A DNA stretch of 64,000 bases from positions 1 through 64,000 of the IMG/VR virus record IMGVR_UViG_2708742532_000007; one strand, 5' to 3'. The notes below the pieces were generated by a model. It searched no databases, had not been told where the DNA came from, and saw only the letters and a program-made list of their open reading frames with translations. Source of the DNA: a virus. Taxonomy: Duplodnaviria; Caudoviricetes. This document shows positions 11,396 to 21,205 of this stretch, piece after piece (the stretch's first letter is position 1; every line of letters begins with the position of its first letter). The position numbers were made by a program, and so were the translations under genes.

Positions 11396-13690
11396 TTAGG
11401 CTTTGTCTGCCCTCACGATAATATCAAAAGAACCGTTAGCGTCAGGTGTTGCGCCTAATTCAGATTTTAGTCTAACGAAGAATGGCATTTCTTCATCGTT
11501 TTGTAGTACACCACCCAATCTTAAATCAGGTTGAGGAATGAAAGGGGAAGAGCTTGTACTAAATTCACAAGTCATACCTGTAGGGAAATTCGCTGTGTTT
11601 GCATACAAATGAATATCTTTAACATCATATCCATATTGGTTTTTCAGTACAATCTCATGTTCAAGTGTAGTTTGACCTGCAATGATAATACCAAAATCAA
11701 GGTATTGGAGAACTTCACCAATTTCATTAGAAAAGTATTGACCATATATATCTTTGAACATAAGACCTGAATATGTTCCCATGAATTGTGTTGACCAATA
11801 ATCAGTAGTACCAAAAAAGTCTTGGAACTCTACTTTGAGCGTATTCCAGTCATCAATCTTAATATCTTTACTACCAATTGCTAGTTCGATATTCTGAGGT
11901 GATTCACCAAGTTTTGTAAAACTTCCATCAGAAGGGTAGTAGTTACCACCGTTTAATAGAACACGATATTGAACCCGAGTTAAATCATCATCACTTAGAA
12001 TACCTTTAAGGACATTACCATTAAATTCAATATTAATCTTTGCAGTAGTGTTTATGATATTTAAACTTGCGTCCTTAATAGTTGAAGTATCACGAGGTAA
12101 GTAGTCTTCAAAAGAAACTGTTTCAATAATTGATGTGATTGTGTCACGAGGATTATCTATTAAGAACATACCAATATTAATATATTCATCTTTCCATGTG
12201 CGCCACTGCTTATCGGTTAAATTGTTTAAGTCTTTATGCGTCATACCATTTTTCATGATTTCTTGCTCAGTAGAGGTATCAGCTACCACAAATTTACTTG
12301 ATTCCTTATCCCATACATACCATTTGTCAGGTGTGTGTCCTGCGACAAAGTAGCGAGCTTCGTCACGATATGATTGAGAAATGTCATTAACAAACACATC
12401 GTCTAAAGACCCATATATACGCTTAGGGTTCATCAATTTGATAAATTGAGGTTTTGGAACTGCTTTCATTTCAAGTACTCTTTGAGCAGTCTCAGGGGCT
12501 TCATCCGTCCATGTCACAACCTCAAAGTCACCTTCAAGTTCGTCAATAGGCGACCAATTAGCTTCTAAGATTAAATCAGCTTCAGTTACGGCTTCATCAT
12601 CTGTATAATAAAGAACCTCTACTTCATCACCAAATTCATCATAGATGTCAAATGGCTCAGTAGTTGTTGACACGATAATATCGTCTGTAGACTCTGTATA
12701 AGCCACTACTGTAGGGAGTTCACCAATATAGTCATAAACACTATAAGGGTCAACACCTGTCTCTACAATGATTTGTGAAGCGTCTGAGTCAGTATAGTAA
12801 ATTGCTTGTGGCTTATCACCAAGTAAATCCTGTACTGTGAAATCCTTTTTATTTAACACTACAGAAGTGAATTGCTTATCTTCAAAATCAGACCACATAG
12901 CAACTGATTTATCTCCTGATAGCTCTTTCCATTGAATTTCTGTGATATGGTCAAGATTGTTCATACCATATTTAATGAAGTTTTCTTCTGTTGGTGTAGT
13001 TGATTGCCATGAAGTACCATCATGGTATTTGTATTGTGAACCATGTTGTACTAGGTATTTATCTGGAATAGGGGATATTACTCTGTCGTAGATTTCGATA
13101 TGGTCTAACTCTCCAATAAATGCACTAGCATTAGTATCATGTAGTCCACCTATAAAAAGTGGTCTAACTGCACCATCATATGGTTTAACTGTCACAGCTT
13201 GATAAAGAGGAATTGACATGTCATCTATATATACTTTCACATCTGTTAAACTTCTTATTAGTAAAAAATTGTGCCACTTATTATCTTTGAAATTACCTAC
13301 AGTATCCGTTGTTAAGTAATTGAATTGATTAGGAGCATATGTTTCTCCTAGCTCTAATCTTCCCATATCATTAAATGCTATAGCCAAACCTTTATAGTCT
13401 TTATAAGAACCTGAGTTCGATAAAATATAACCATTGGTAAGGATGTTTCCTAATTTAAACTTGAACCTTAAAGAATGCACACCAACAGGCAATAAGTCAG
13501 TAAACGAAATTTTTTGACTACCATTAAAACTCATAGCACTTCCTATACCATTCCAACCTGTTACACGAGTAGGGGCATTAACTAACGTGCCTGCATGTCC
13601 ACCAATTGAATCCATTGCATTTCCGCTCGGTTCATCAAAACCAATAAAGGCTTTACCATATTTACTTAAATTGTCTTTACTATTAGCCAT
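11396..13690 (-). CDS. LamG-domain large tail/baseplate-associated protein
   Basis: N-terminal LamG (DNKWHN, VYIDD, FIGELDHIEIYD); acidic repeats; ATG at 13690 behind GGAGG. Confidence 0.85.
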   Translation of the reverse strand: MANSKDNLSKYGKAFIGFDEPSGNAMDSIGGHAGTLVNAPTRVTGWNGIGSAMSFNGSQKISFTDLLPVGVHSLRFKFKLGNILTNGYILSNSGSYKDYKGLAIAFNDMGRLELGETYAPNQFNYLTTDTVGNFKDNKWHNFLLIRSLTDVKVYIDDMSIPLYQAVTVKPYDGAVRPLFIGGLHDTNASAFIGELDHIEIYDRVISPIPDKYLVQHGSQYKYHDGTSWQSTTPTEENFIKYGMNNLDHITEIQWKELSGDKSVAMWSDFEDKQFTSVVLNKKDFTVQDLLGDKPQAIYYTDSDASQIIVETGVDPYSVYDYIGELPTVVAYTESTDDIIVSTTTEPFDIYDEFGDEVEVLYYTDDEAVTEADLILEANWSPIDELEGDFEVVTWTDEAPETAQRVLEMKAVPKPQFIKLMNPKRIYGSLDDVFVNDISQSYRDEARYFVAGHTPDKWYVWDKESSKFVVADTSTEQEIMKNGMTHKDLNNLTDKQWRTWKDEYINIGMFLIDNPRDTITSIIETVSFEDYLPRDTSTIKDASLNIINTTAKINIEFNGNVLKGILSDDDLTRVQYRVLLNGGNYYPSDGSFTKLGESPQNIELAIGSKDIKIDDWNTLKVEFQDFFGTTDYWSTQFMGTYSGLMFKDIYGQYFSNEIGEVLQYLDFGIIIAGQTTLEHEIVLKNQYGYDVKDIHLYANTANFPTGMTCEFSTSSSPFIPQPDLRLGGVLQNDEEMPFFVRLKSELGATPDANGSFDIIVRADKA

Positions 13691-13732
13691 TGTATTGACC
13701 TCCAATATTTTTTCATGTTAAAAGGACAACTA

Positions 13733-14689
13733 TTAATAGTTGTCCTCAATCATTGCTGTTTTAAAATCACCACCAATAGGAATAGTAAACATTCTACTTT
13801 TTCCTAGAGGTGTTTTGTTATTAGTCACAATCTCATATTCAGTTGTAGTTTTAGTGAAATCAATTGGTGTGCTATCCACTGCGGAATCAATCTCTCTAAC
13901 TATTCCACCTTGAGCTAACATCATATATTCTGCTGTGTTAGGAATCTCTTTTACACGAGTTGTGTTAGGGGATAAAACAAGGTTTTTACTGTCTGTTGTT
14001 TTAACTACTAAACGCTTTTGAGTGAAATCAGAAGGGGAGAGAGTTTTATTGTAGATTTGTAAATCATCAATTTGACCACCAAACCAATTTCTATAGCTCG
14101 TGAATTTCATTCCACCAACACTAAGGTTTTGACCTGTATAAGTGGCATTAGTTTCAGATTGTGACGCTCTAGCTGTTGCTACTAGTTCATCATCTATATA
14201 TAATTTTACAACATCTTCCATTCTTCCTGTCCATGAGAAAAGTATATTATGCCAATTTCCATCACACAAATTAATGCTAGTAGGAGTCGATAGAGAAAAA
14301 GAGGATACAAGAGGATTTGCAGATGTATACCAATTTACAGATATAACCCCTGAGTTTAAAACAAAAACATAGCCAAAACTATTAGATGATGATGTTGTAT
14401 AATTTTCCATAATAGATTGAGAAGTTGTTTTAAAATTTTCTGTTTTTATTTTAAAACTTATTGTCTTTTCTCCGAAAGGAAATATTTTATTATTGAACTC
14501 TAATCTATCACTAGTACCATTAAAGCTAATTGCAGAACCTTCACCATTCCAACCTTGAACTCTTGTTGCACCTGTAACTGTACCTGTATATCCATTGCCT
14601 AGCTTGTCGATAACATTTCCATTTACTTCATCAAAATCAAACCATGCGACACCATGATGTGCCATTAATTGTTCAGTCGTCGTTGCCAT
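13733..14689 (-). CDS. LamG tail-associated protein
   Basis: MATTTEQLMAHHG start; LamG motifs; paralog of 1347-2300. Confidence 0.85.
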   Translation of the reverse strand: MATTTEQLMAHHGVAWFDFDEVNGNVIDKLGNGYTGTVTGATRVQGWNGEGSAISFNGTSDRLEFNNKIFPFGEKTISFKIKTENFKTTSQSIMENYTTSSSNSFGYVFVLNSGVISVNWYTSANPLVSSFSLSTPTSINLCDGNWHNILFSWTGRMEDVVKLYIDDELVATARASQSETNATYTGQNLSVGGMKFTSYRNWFGGQIDDLQIYNKTLSPSDFTQKRLVVKTTDSKNLVLSPNTTRVKEIPNTAEYMMLAQGGIVREIDSAVDSTPIDFTKTTTEYEIVTNNKTPLGKSRMFTIPIGGDFKTAMIEDNY

Positions 14690-15935
14690 TTTGATCAAAC
14701 TCTCCTTTGTATCCAAATAAAATATCGCCTATTTGAACATAAGCGTTTTTTTGTTCTGTGTTGATTTCTAATATATTTAATCTATAGTATCTAAAACTTT
14801 GTTTATTATTGAATACAAATATTTTCTGCTCGCCTAGTTGCCATTCTGTTTGATTACTAACGGTGTGTAGTGTATTAAAGCTTTTTCCATCATTAGAACC
14901 TACAATTTCAAATTTCCTAGGATAGTAACCGATTGTTGATATTAGTCTACCTGTTAGGAATAGTGTATTTACAACTTTAGCTACTCCATAGTCTATTTGT
15001 ATCCATTCTGAACCAATATTAGCATTATATCCACCATTCGAAATCCAAGCATCAGAACTATCGGTAATCGCTCCGTTAAAAGCTTTCCAAGCAGGATATG
15101 GGTCTGAATGTGTTGAACTAGCACTAGCTACAAGAGGGGCCGGAAGAGTATTGCTAGTCATACTTGTTTGGTACTTATAATAAACAGGTACAAAAACACT
15201 CTCTCTTATTTCTTTGATATTCAAAGTATTAATTTTACCAATATCATGTGTAAACACCTTGCCACTCACATTAGCAACAGGTGTGTCATTAAAATATCTA
15301 TGCTTAGTAAAAGGTACATCTAATTGAATCTCTTTTCCTTGCTCAATACCATGTAAAATCATGTTTTTAGGAGAGGTGTCAGGCAGGTGAATTAAAGTGT
15401 TATCTGATAGAGAGTAATGGCTATTATCGTTTGTTAAAATAATTCTTTTTGGATTTTCATATCCAAACATCTTTAACAAACCTATACTAACTTCAAAATT
15501 TTCCGTAGTCCCTTCTGTTATATAGATTCTATAATATAAGTAGTGGTTTTGTTTTTCAGATAAAATATTAAATTCTTTTTCTTCCCAAGTTGAAGTCCAT
15601 GTTAAATTTACTTGAGTATCTAAAACAGTCCAATCTGTGCCGTTGTTAGAACCTTCGAAATTCCATGTTTTAGGAGGTGTTTTGGAATCATTTCCATCAA
15701 GTTTCCTAGAAGTTACTGAATATCTAGTCACCTTAACCTCTTTGTCTTTAAAATTGTAACCTAAATAATGAGGTGCGTTTGCTCTTGCTGAAACCCAAGC
15801 ATTAGATGTTAGTGAACTGAAACCACACCAAGATTGATAAATGGCGCTAGTGCTATAAACAGAATCGCTAAATGCTTCTCCACTAGGGGTTGTGTTGCTA
15901 GTCATATCAGGGGCAAGGTTTATAATTTCAATCAT
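14673..15935 (-). CDS. Tail-associated protein with two discoidin (F5/8C) domains
   Basis: Two MTSNT..(F/I)xxGSNxG..Y(L/R)YYR units around a conserved scaffold block. Confidence 0.85.
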   Translation of the reverse strand: MIEIINLAPDMTSNTTPSGEAFSDSVYSTSAIYQSWCGFSSLTSNAWVSARANAPHYLGYNFKDKEVKVTRYSVTSRKLDGNDSKTPPKTWNFEGSNNGTDWTVLDTQVNLTWTSTWEEKEFNILSEKQNHYLYYRIYITEGTTENFEVSIGLLKMFGYENPKRIILTNDNSHYSLSDNTLIHLPDTSPKNMILHGIEQGKEIQLDVPFTKHRYFNDTPVANVSGKVFTHDIGKINTLNIKEIRESVFVPVYYKYQTSMTSNTLPAPLVASASSTHSDPYPAWKAFNGAITDSSDAWISNGGYNANIGSEWIQIDYGVAKVVNTLFLTGRLISTIGYYPRKFEIVGSNDGKSFNTLHTVSNQTEWQLGEQKIFVFNNKQSFRYYRLNILEINTEQKNAYVQIGDILFGYKGEFDQNGNDD

Positions 15936-15985
15936 TTAATCATTCCTTTCTTATTGTATTAAGAAGTCAAAATAAAAACTCAGCT

Positions 15986-17182
15986 CTATTTAAAACTAAT
16001 GCTGAGTGGTTTCCTATCTAGTTTGGTTGTGTAAAGACCTTCATCATTTCTAGATACTTCATCCTGTAAAATGTAGCTTTTAATAACTATTGGCTCATTT
16101 GGACGTAACTCTTTTTGACCATATTTAATAAAATTCTCTTGTGAACACTTAGGAAATTCAATAATTATGTTATTCCTATTCCCAAATTGTAATTGTCCAA
16201 TAGCGCTATAGCTACTATATCCATCATTGGAAATTACCGTTAGTCTATATATACGATATTTACTAGAATTTCTAAATTGAATGATACGTGTTTCATTCAA
16301 TTGCCAATTTGTTTGCCCTGTGATATTTGCTATAACATCAAAAGTGACACCATCATTTGACGCACTTATTGTAAAATCCTTTGGGCAAGCATTAGCTGTA
16401 TCTCCAAATCTAGAAGTGAGTTTTATTTGATTGCAATTTTTAGGAAAACCGAAATCTAGTTGAATCCAACCTTTAATAGTACCACCTACTGTTGCCCAAC
16501 AATCACTAGAGTCTTTGTTTGTTCCATTAAAAGCTTTCCATGCCTGAAAAGTAGAACTCCAAATACTACTAGCACTAGCCACTAAAGGAGAAGGTGCAGT
16601 ATCAGATGTCATTTTTGTTTCGTACCAAGGGTCAATTGATTTTAATGAATATGTTTTATTATTTGAACTGAATAGCATATTTTTGCTATTAGACAAACTT
16701 GGTGTAAATGCTGAGTAGACCTGATTGACCGAATAGGTTGAAGTGCTATATTTTTCTTGTAGTATCACGTTTTGAGATTCATCTTTTACTATTGCTTCAA
16801 TAGCGCTCTGCGCTCTATCTGCACCATTACCACAATAGGGAATAAAATCAATTCTACTTATTTTAACAGACTTATCTAATGATATTTCTATTGTGTCTGC
16901 TGAACTACTTAGCCAATAGTTAACACTAGGATAATTAGTAATAATTGACTTATCAGTATCGAAAGGGGAATCAACAAAATAGTAAGTTCCATAGCTGTTT
17001 GTTGTGCTTACTGTACCTGTAATATCTGTTCCCTGAATGTAGAAACTATTAGAAGTTAGACTATTCTTTGAAGAAAACTTTATAGGGTATATTTTGCCAT
17101 TATTATCGTAAAGTCTAACCCCTCCAATAGTGTAGTATGCTCCTGCTTTAGTACACTTGAAAGTTATCTCTCTTACTGCCAT
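15986..17182 (-). CDS. Discoidin-domain tail-associated protein
   Basis: MTSDTAPSPLVASASS..WIQLDFG..SNDG; C-terminus LDRKPLSISFK. Confidence 0.85.
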   Translation of the reverse strand: MAVREITFKCTKAGAYYTIGGVRLYDNNGKIYPIKFSSKNSLTSNSFYIQGTDITGTVSTTNSYGTYYFVDSPFDTDKSIITNYPSVNYWLSSSADTIEISLDKSVKISRIDFIPYCGNGADRAQSAIEAIVKDESQNVILQEKYSTSTYSVNQVYSAFTPSLSNSKNMLFSSNNKTYSLKSIDPWYETKMTSDTAPSPLVASASSIWSSTFQAWKAFNGTNKDSSDCWATVGGTIKGWIQLDFGFPKNCNQIKLTSRFGDTANACPKDFTISASNDGVTFDVIANITGQTNWQLNETRIIQFRNSSKYRIYRLTVISNDGYSSYSAIGQLQFGNRNNIIIEFPKCSQENFIKYGQKELRPNEPIVIKSYILQDEVSRNDEGLYTTKLDRKPLSISFK

Positions 17183-18621
17183 TATCTCACCTCAGTTCTA
17201 ATACTTCTTATATCAAAATATTTCTTAAGATTAATTGTTTGACTGAATACTTTACCAACTTCGACTGTCTGTAAAAGTTCACTTTTATCTGTCATTGATC
17301 TAGGCTCTAATTTTTCTACTCTGCGGTCAAATAGTGGATATGGGTTGTCCATTCCTTCTGATAAAAATTGAGCTGAGTTTGGGAGAGTGGAGGATACTGT
17401 ACTTAATCCTTTTGGTATAACTTCTAAAACTGAATACATGCCCCATTCATCGAAACTTAGGTTATCTGTTGCACCATTAACTTGAGAGATATTTAACCTA
17501 TAAATTAAATATGCATTATCATTACCTAAAATCGTGAATTCTTTTATATAGTCAGTTTTTGACCACTCAACATTCGTTTTGGTATCTAAAATATCCCATG
17601 TAGAACCATCATTACTTCCTTCGAATTTCCAACTCTTGGGATTCCTTTTTAGAACCGTAGAATTATCTATTAACCCAATAAGTTTATATTTTTTTACTAT
17701 TTGAGGTTTAGTAAATTCATAAAAAACCCATCCTATTAATACACTGCCAACTGAAGCCCAATTGTCTGCACTTATTCCTGTCAATCTATCGAATAGTTTA
17801 TAGGCTTGTCGAGATGTGCTATGTTCTGTACTAGCTTTCGCTATACCACTAGGGGTAGTATTGGAAGTCATTACAGGAACTAAATTATCAGAAAATATAT
17901 AATGGTTTTGTGGTAAGTACTTCTTGTATTCACCATCATGTAAAATAAATGTTTTATCTATAGAAACTTTTGATAAATCTTCTTTAAAAATAGCCATTTC
18001 ATAAACTGTGATATTTGAATACCATCCATCAACAACATTAGACTGTCTGCCTAGAAACATTCCGTAGGAAGGAGTAACATAATTATCTTCAAATAATCTA
18101 CCTCCTGTTACAACAGGAGTATTTAGATTGTCAATGAATATTTTTGTAGCATTATTTTCAACTTTTCCTGAGTCAGTGATAAGAATATCAAATACTTTCT
18201 CAGATGTGGTTGGTGTAGTATAAATACTAGTAAGATGCTGTCCTTTGTTGGATTGAGATGAATAATTAAAAGAATTATCAGCGACAGCAACAGAAAATCT
18301 GAATCCATTACTTGTAACTCCTGCATTGCCACTACAATCTAGAATAGGATTAGTATTTGCGGTTACTACAGAATTAACTTTTAATTTTAAATAGATACTT
18401 CTTTTTCCACCAATTGGAATATTATTAGGAAAAGACACAAAAGCACCTGTACCATTTAAAGTTAGAGAACCATCGCTATTCCAAACTCCATTTGTAATAG
18501 TACCATTAACTGTACCTTTGCTATCATGTAAAACTGTACCACTACCTTCATCGAATTTATACCAATTAGTAGCATACTTTTTTGCATATTCTGACTTAAT
18601 TAATTCTTGAATATTGCTTAT
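17182..18621 (-). CDS. LamG plus discoidin tail-associated protein (ATA at the expected start)
   Basis: The frame is open upstream of GTG 18438 to ATA at 18621 behind GAGGTG, adding WYKFDEGSGTVLHDSKG, the LamG N-terminus. Confidence 0.75.
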   Translation of the reverse strand: MSNIQELIKSEYAKKYATNWYKFDEGSGTVLHDSKGTVNGTITNGVWNSDGSLTLNGTGAFVSFPNNIPIGGKRSIYLKLKVNSVVTANTNPILDCSGNAGVTSNGFRFSVAVADNSFNYSSQSNKGQHLTSIYTTPTTSEKVFDILITDSGKVENNATKIFIDNLNTPVVTGGRLFEDNYVTPSYGMFLGRQSNVVDGWYSNITVYEMAIFKEDLSKVSIDKTFILHDGEYKKYLPQNHYIFSDNLVPVMTSNTTPSGIAKASTEHSTSRQAYKLFDRLTGISADNWASVGSVLIGWVFYEFTKPQIVKKYKLIGLIDNSTVLKRNPKSWKFEGSNDGSTWDILDTKTNVEWSKTDYIKEFTILGNDNAYLIYRLNISQVNGATDNLSFDEWGMYSVLEVIPKGLSTVSSTLPNSAQFLSEGMDNPYPLFDRRVEKLEPRSMTDKSELLQTVEVGKVFSQTINLKKYFDIRSIRTEVR

Positions 18622-18640
18622 TTAATTTCACCTCATTTCT

Positions 18641-19807
18641 TTAATTAAAACTTATACTCAAAGGTTTTCTATCAAGTTTTGTTGTCCATAAACCATCTGT
18701 ATTTTCTGAAACTTCATCCTGTAAAATATAGTTTTTATTATTAATTACCACATTAATTGGTAAACCATCATATACATTAGTTCCATATTTAATGAAATTA
18801 TTTAAACTACTACTATGTATTTCGTTAATGAAACCTAAATTACAAAACTCAAGTTTCGCTATCATTACATAAGAACCACCATTAACTGTAAAAACTTTCA
18901 ATCTATAATATCTATAGCTATATTGGGACTTAAGTGTAAATAATCTAGTTTCATTAGCTTTCCAATCTGTTTCATTGAATATTCTACTAATGTCGAAATA
19001 ATTAATACCATCATCAGAGCCTTGCATTACAAAAGTTTTTGGTGAGCATGTTGTATAGTTAATGTCGTTAGTATATGCTCTTGAAGTTATTTTGAAAGAA
19101 TTTACTTTTGTTTTCACACCAATGTCTAATTGTAACCAACCATTAGTGGTATTTAATAAACTTGCCCAAATATCACCACTGTCATTTGTACTATTAGAGT
19201 TATTAAAAGCCTTCCAAGCAAGATTACTTGTATTAGCAACACTACTAGCACTAGCAACCAACGGAGAAGGTGCAGTGTTGGAGGTCATTTTTATGTAATA
19301 TAAAGTGTCTTTTAAATTTAATGAGTATGTTTTATTATTCGATTGAAGCATATAAAACTCTTTTTTAACACCACTAACAAACATCTCATTAAATTGTATA
19401 TATGCATGATTTGGATATAACCTATATGTCCCTGATTCTAAGTTTCCATAGTATTTATACCAAGTAGGTGTATTTGTAGTTCGAACATTTGAACTTATAA
19501 TTTCGAATTCTTGAGTAGTTTTATTCTGTTTTCTTAATGTGGTTGGCGCTCCTGAACCCCCTCCTGAATCACTATAATACCCACCAGTGAACCACACATC
19601 AGCACTTAAATAATTATCAGGTATTGTAAATTCTAAATAATGATAGTTGTACCTAAGTAAAACAATACCATACTGACCTTCTGGTGCTAAATTATCGTTG
19701 AATAAACCACTTGGATACCAATATGAAGTATTGTAAGCTTGTACTTTTAGTTTTTCAGATGTAATCTCCTCTCCTATAAAGTTAGTAGGTAAATTTTTTC
19801 TAGGCAT
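18641..19807 (-). CDS. Discoidin-domain tail-associated protein
   Basis: MTSNTAPSPLVASASS, WLQLDIG, QGSDDG; C-terminus LDRKPLSISFN. Confidence 0.85.
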   Translation of the reverse strand: MPRKNLPTNFIGEEITSEKLKVQAYNTSYWYPSGLFNDNLAPEGQYGIVLLRYNYHYLEFTIPDNYLSADVWFTGGYYSDSGGGSGAPTTLRKQNKTTQEFEIISSNVRTTNTPTWYKYYGNLESGTYRLYPNHAYIQFNEMFVSGVKKEFYMLQSNNKTYSLNLKDTLYYIKMTSNTAPSPLVASASSVANTSNLAWKAFNNSNSTNDSGDIWASLLNTTNGWLQLDIGVKTKVNSFKITSRAYTNDINYTTCSPKTFVMQGSDDGINYFDISRIFNETDWKANETRLFTLKSQYSYRYYRLKVFTVNGGSYVMIAKLEFCNLGFINEIHSSSLNNFIKYGTNVYDGLPINVVINNKNYILQDEVSENTDGLWTTKLDRKPLSISFN

Positions 19808-21205
19808 TTATTTCACCACAGCTCTCACTTTTTTTATATCAAAATATTTCTTTAAATCAATTGTTTTACTAAATACTTTCACATTTCCACTAGCACCTAA
19901 AATCTCACTTTTATTGGTCATTTCCATAGACTCTAGTGTTGTTAATGTGCGGTCAAATAAGGGAGATAGGTTGTCCATTCCCTTTTCTATAAATTCTGTA
20001 GAGTTTGGTAGCGTAGAGGAAACTGTAGACCAATAATATGGGATAGATGGTATTTCTTCAATATACTCATACATTTTCAACTCATAGAAAGAGGTGCTTT
20101 CGAAATTTTGAGTTTTTGAAAAATTAATTCTATACCTCTCATAATAGTTAGCGGAAGTTATTGTATAAATTTTCTCTCCACCTTCATTCCAACTTTGACC
20201 TGTTTGAGAGTCCAATGTTGTCCAATTTACACCATCACTTGAGCCTTCAAACTTCCATGCAGAAAGACCATAGTATTTAGCGCAGATTATACCATATTTA
20301 ACTATCTTTACTTCTTTCATAAAATTGTATCCAATAATTGCATCCTGCTGTCTATAGCTCATAGGATATGCAGAAGAGTAATTTCCATCAAAAAGGCGAA
20401 AAGCACTTTCAGGATTTTTATTTGAAAATGCTTCACCAGTTGGGCTAGTATTGGAAGTCATAGCAGGAATAATTGTATTTTTACTAACGCTAGGAGGGAC
20501 AGAAGGGATATATCCATTATATTTCTTATACTTACTATCATGTAAAATAAGAGTTTTATCGGTTTCCCATTTATATAACCCTTTTTTAAGAATTCGCTCA
20601 TAATCACTAATAGAACCAATAGTGTTTCCACCTTTATCCCAATCTGACTGACTTGTGGAATATCCACTTGTGAAATAGCCCATTGAATCGTAAACAGAGA
20701 TAGTTGAAGAGTTTTTTCTTAGAAAACTTGTTGTGCTTGTTAGTTTGACACAATTTCTTATTGTCATAGAGGTAGCGGAAGAAAAAACAGAATATGAATT
20801 GTTTGGGGTATATTCAAATAGAACATTATAAAAATTCCAACTCCAATTAAATCCCATTAAATTATGACTAGTTAAATCTGTTAGAATATTATATCGACAT
20901 TTTGTGATGTTTAATGTGAAATTAGCGTGCCCTCCAACAGTGTTAATATACATTCCTGTTTTCTGTAGTATCTCTGTTTTTTTTCCTAGTCCAACAAAAG
21001 TTAGACTTCCACTCACAAATTGACCAAATATATTATTGCTAGTAATTTCATACGTGCCTTTTTTGAGATAAACAGTATAATCTCCATTATTTTTAATTGC
21101 TATATTATTACAGAAATATTCTAATGTTTTATATGGATTGCTCGAACTTCCATTTCCTTGAGAGTCATTTCCTTTTAAAGCATCAATATAGATGTCTATT
21201 GTCAT
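19808..21205 (-). CDS. Tail-associated protein: beta-helix (pectin-lyase-like) N-terminus plus discoidin
   Basis: IYIDALKGNDSQGNGSSSNPYKTL..LKKGTY motif; WKFEGSSDGVNWTTLD; conserved C-terminal anchor. Confidence 0.8.
   Translation of the reverse strand: MTIDIYIDALKGNDSQGNGSSSNPYKTLEYFCNNIAIKNNGDYTVYLKKGTYEITSNNIFGQFVSGSLTFVGLGKKTEILQKTGMYINTVGGHANFTLNITKCRYNILTDLTSHNLMGFNWSWNFYNVLFEYTPNNSYSVFSSATSMTIRNCVKLTSTTSFLRKNSSTISVYDSMGYFTSGYSTSQSDWDKGGNTIGSISDYERILKKGLYKWETDKTLILHDSKYKKYNGYIPSVPPSVSKNTIIPAMTSNTSPTGEAFSNKNPESAFRLFDGNYSSAYPMSYRQQDAIIGYNFMKEVKIVKYGIICAKYYGLSAWKFEGSSDGVNWTTLDSQTGQSWNEGGEKIYTITSANYYERYRINFSKTQNFESTSFYELKMYEYIEEIPSIPYYWSTVSSTLPNSTEFIEKGMDNLSPLFDRTLTTLESMEMTNKSEILGASGNVKVFSKTIDLKKYFDIKKVRAVVK

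Noticed and set aside
1-21205. Diversity-generating retroelement as the source of fiber variation
   Set aside because: No reverse transcriptase in the window; differences between copies are whole-domain swaps and ordinary substitutions, not adenine-specific.
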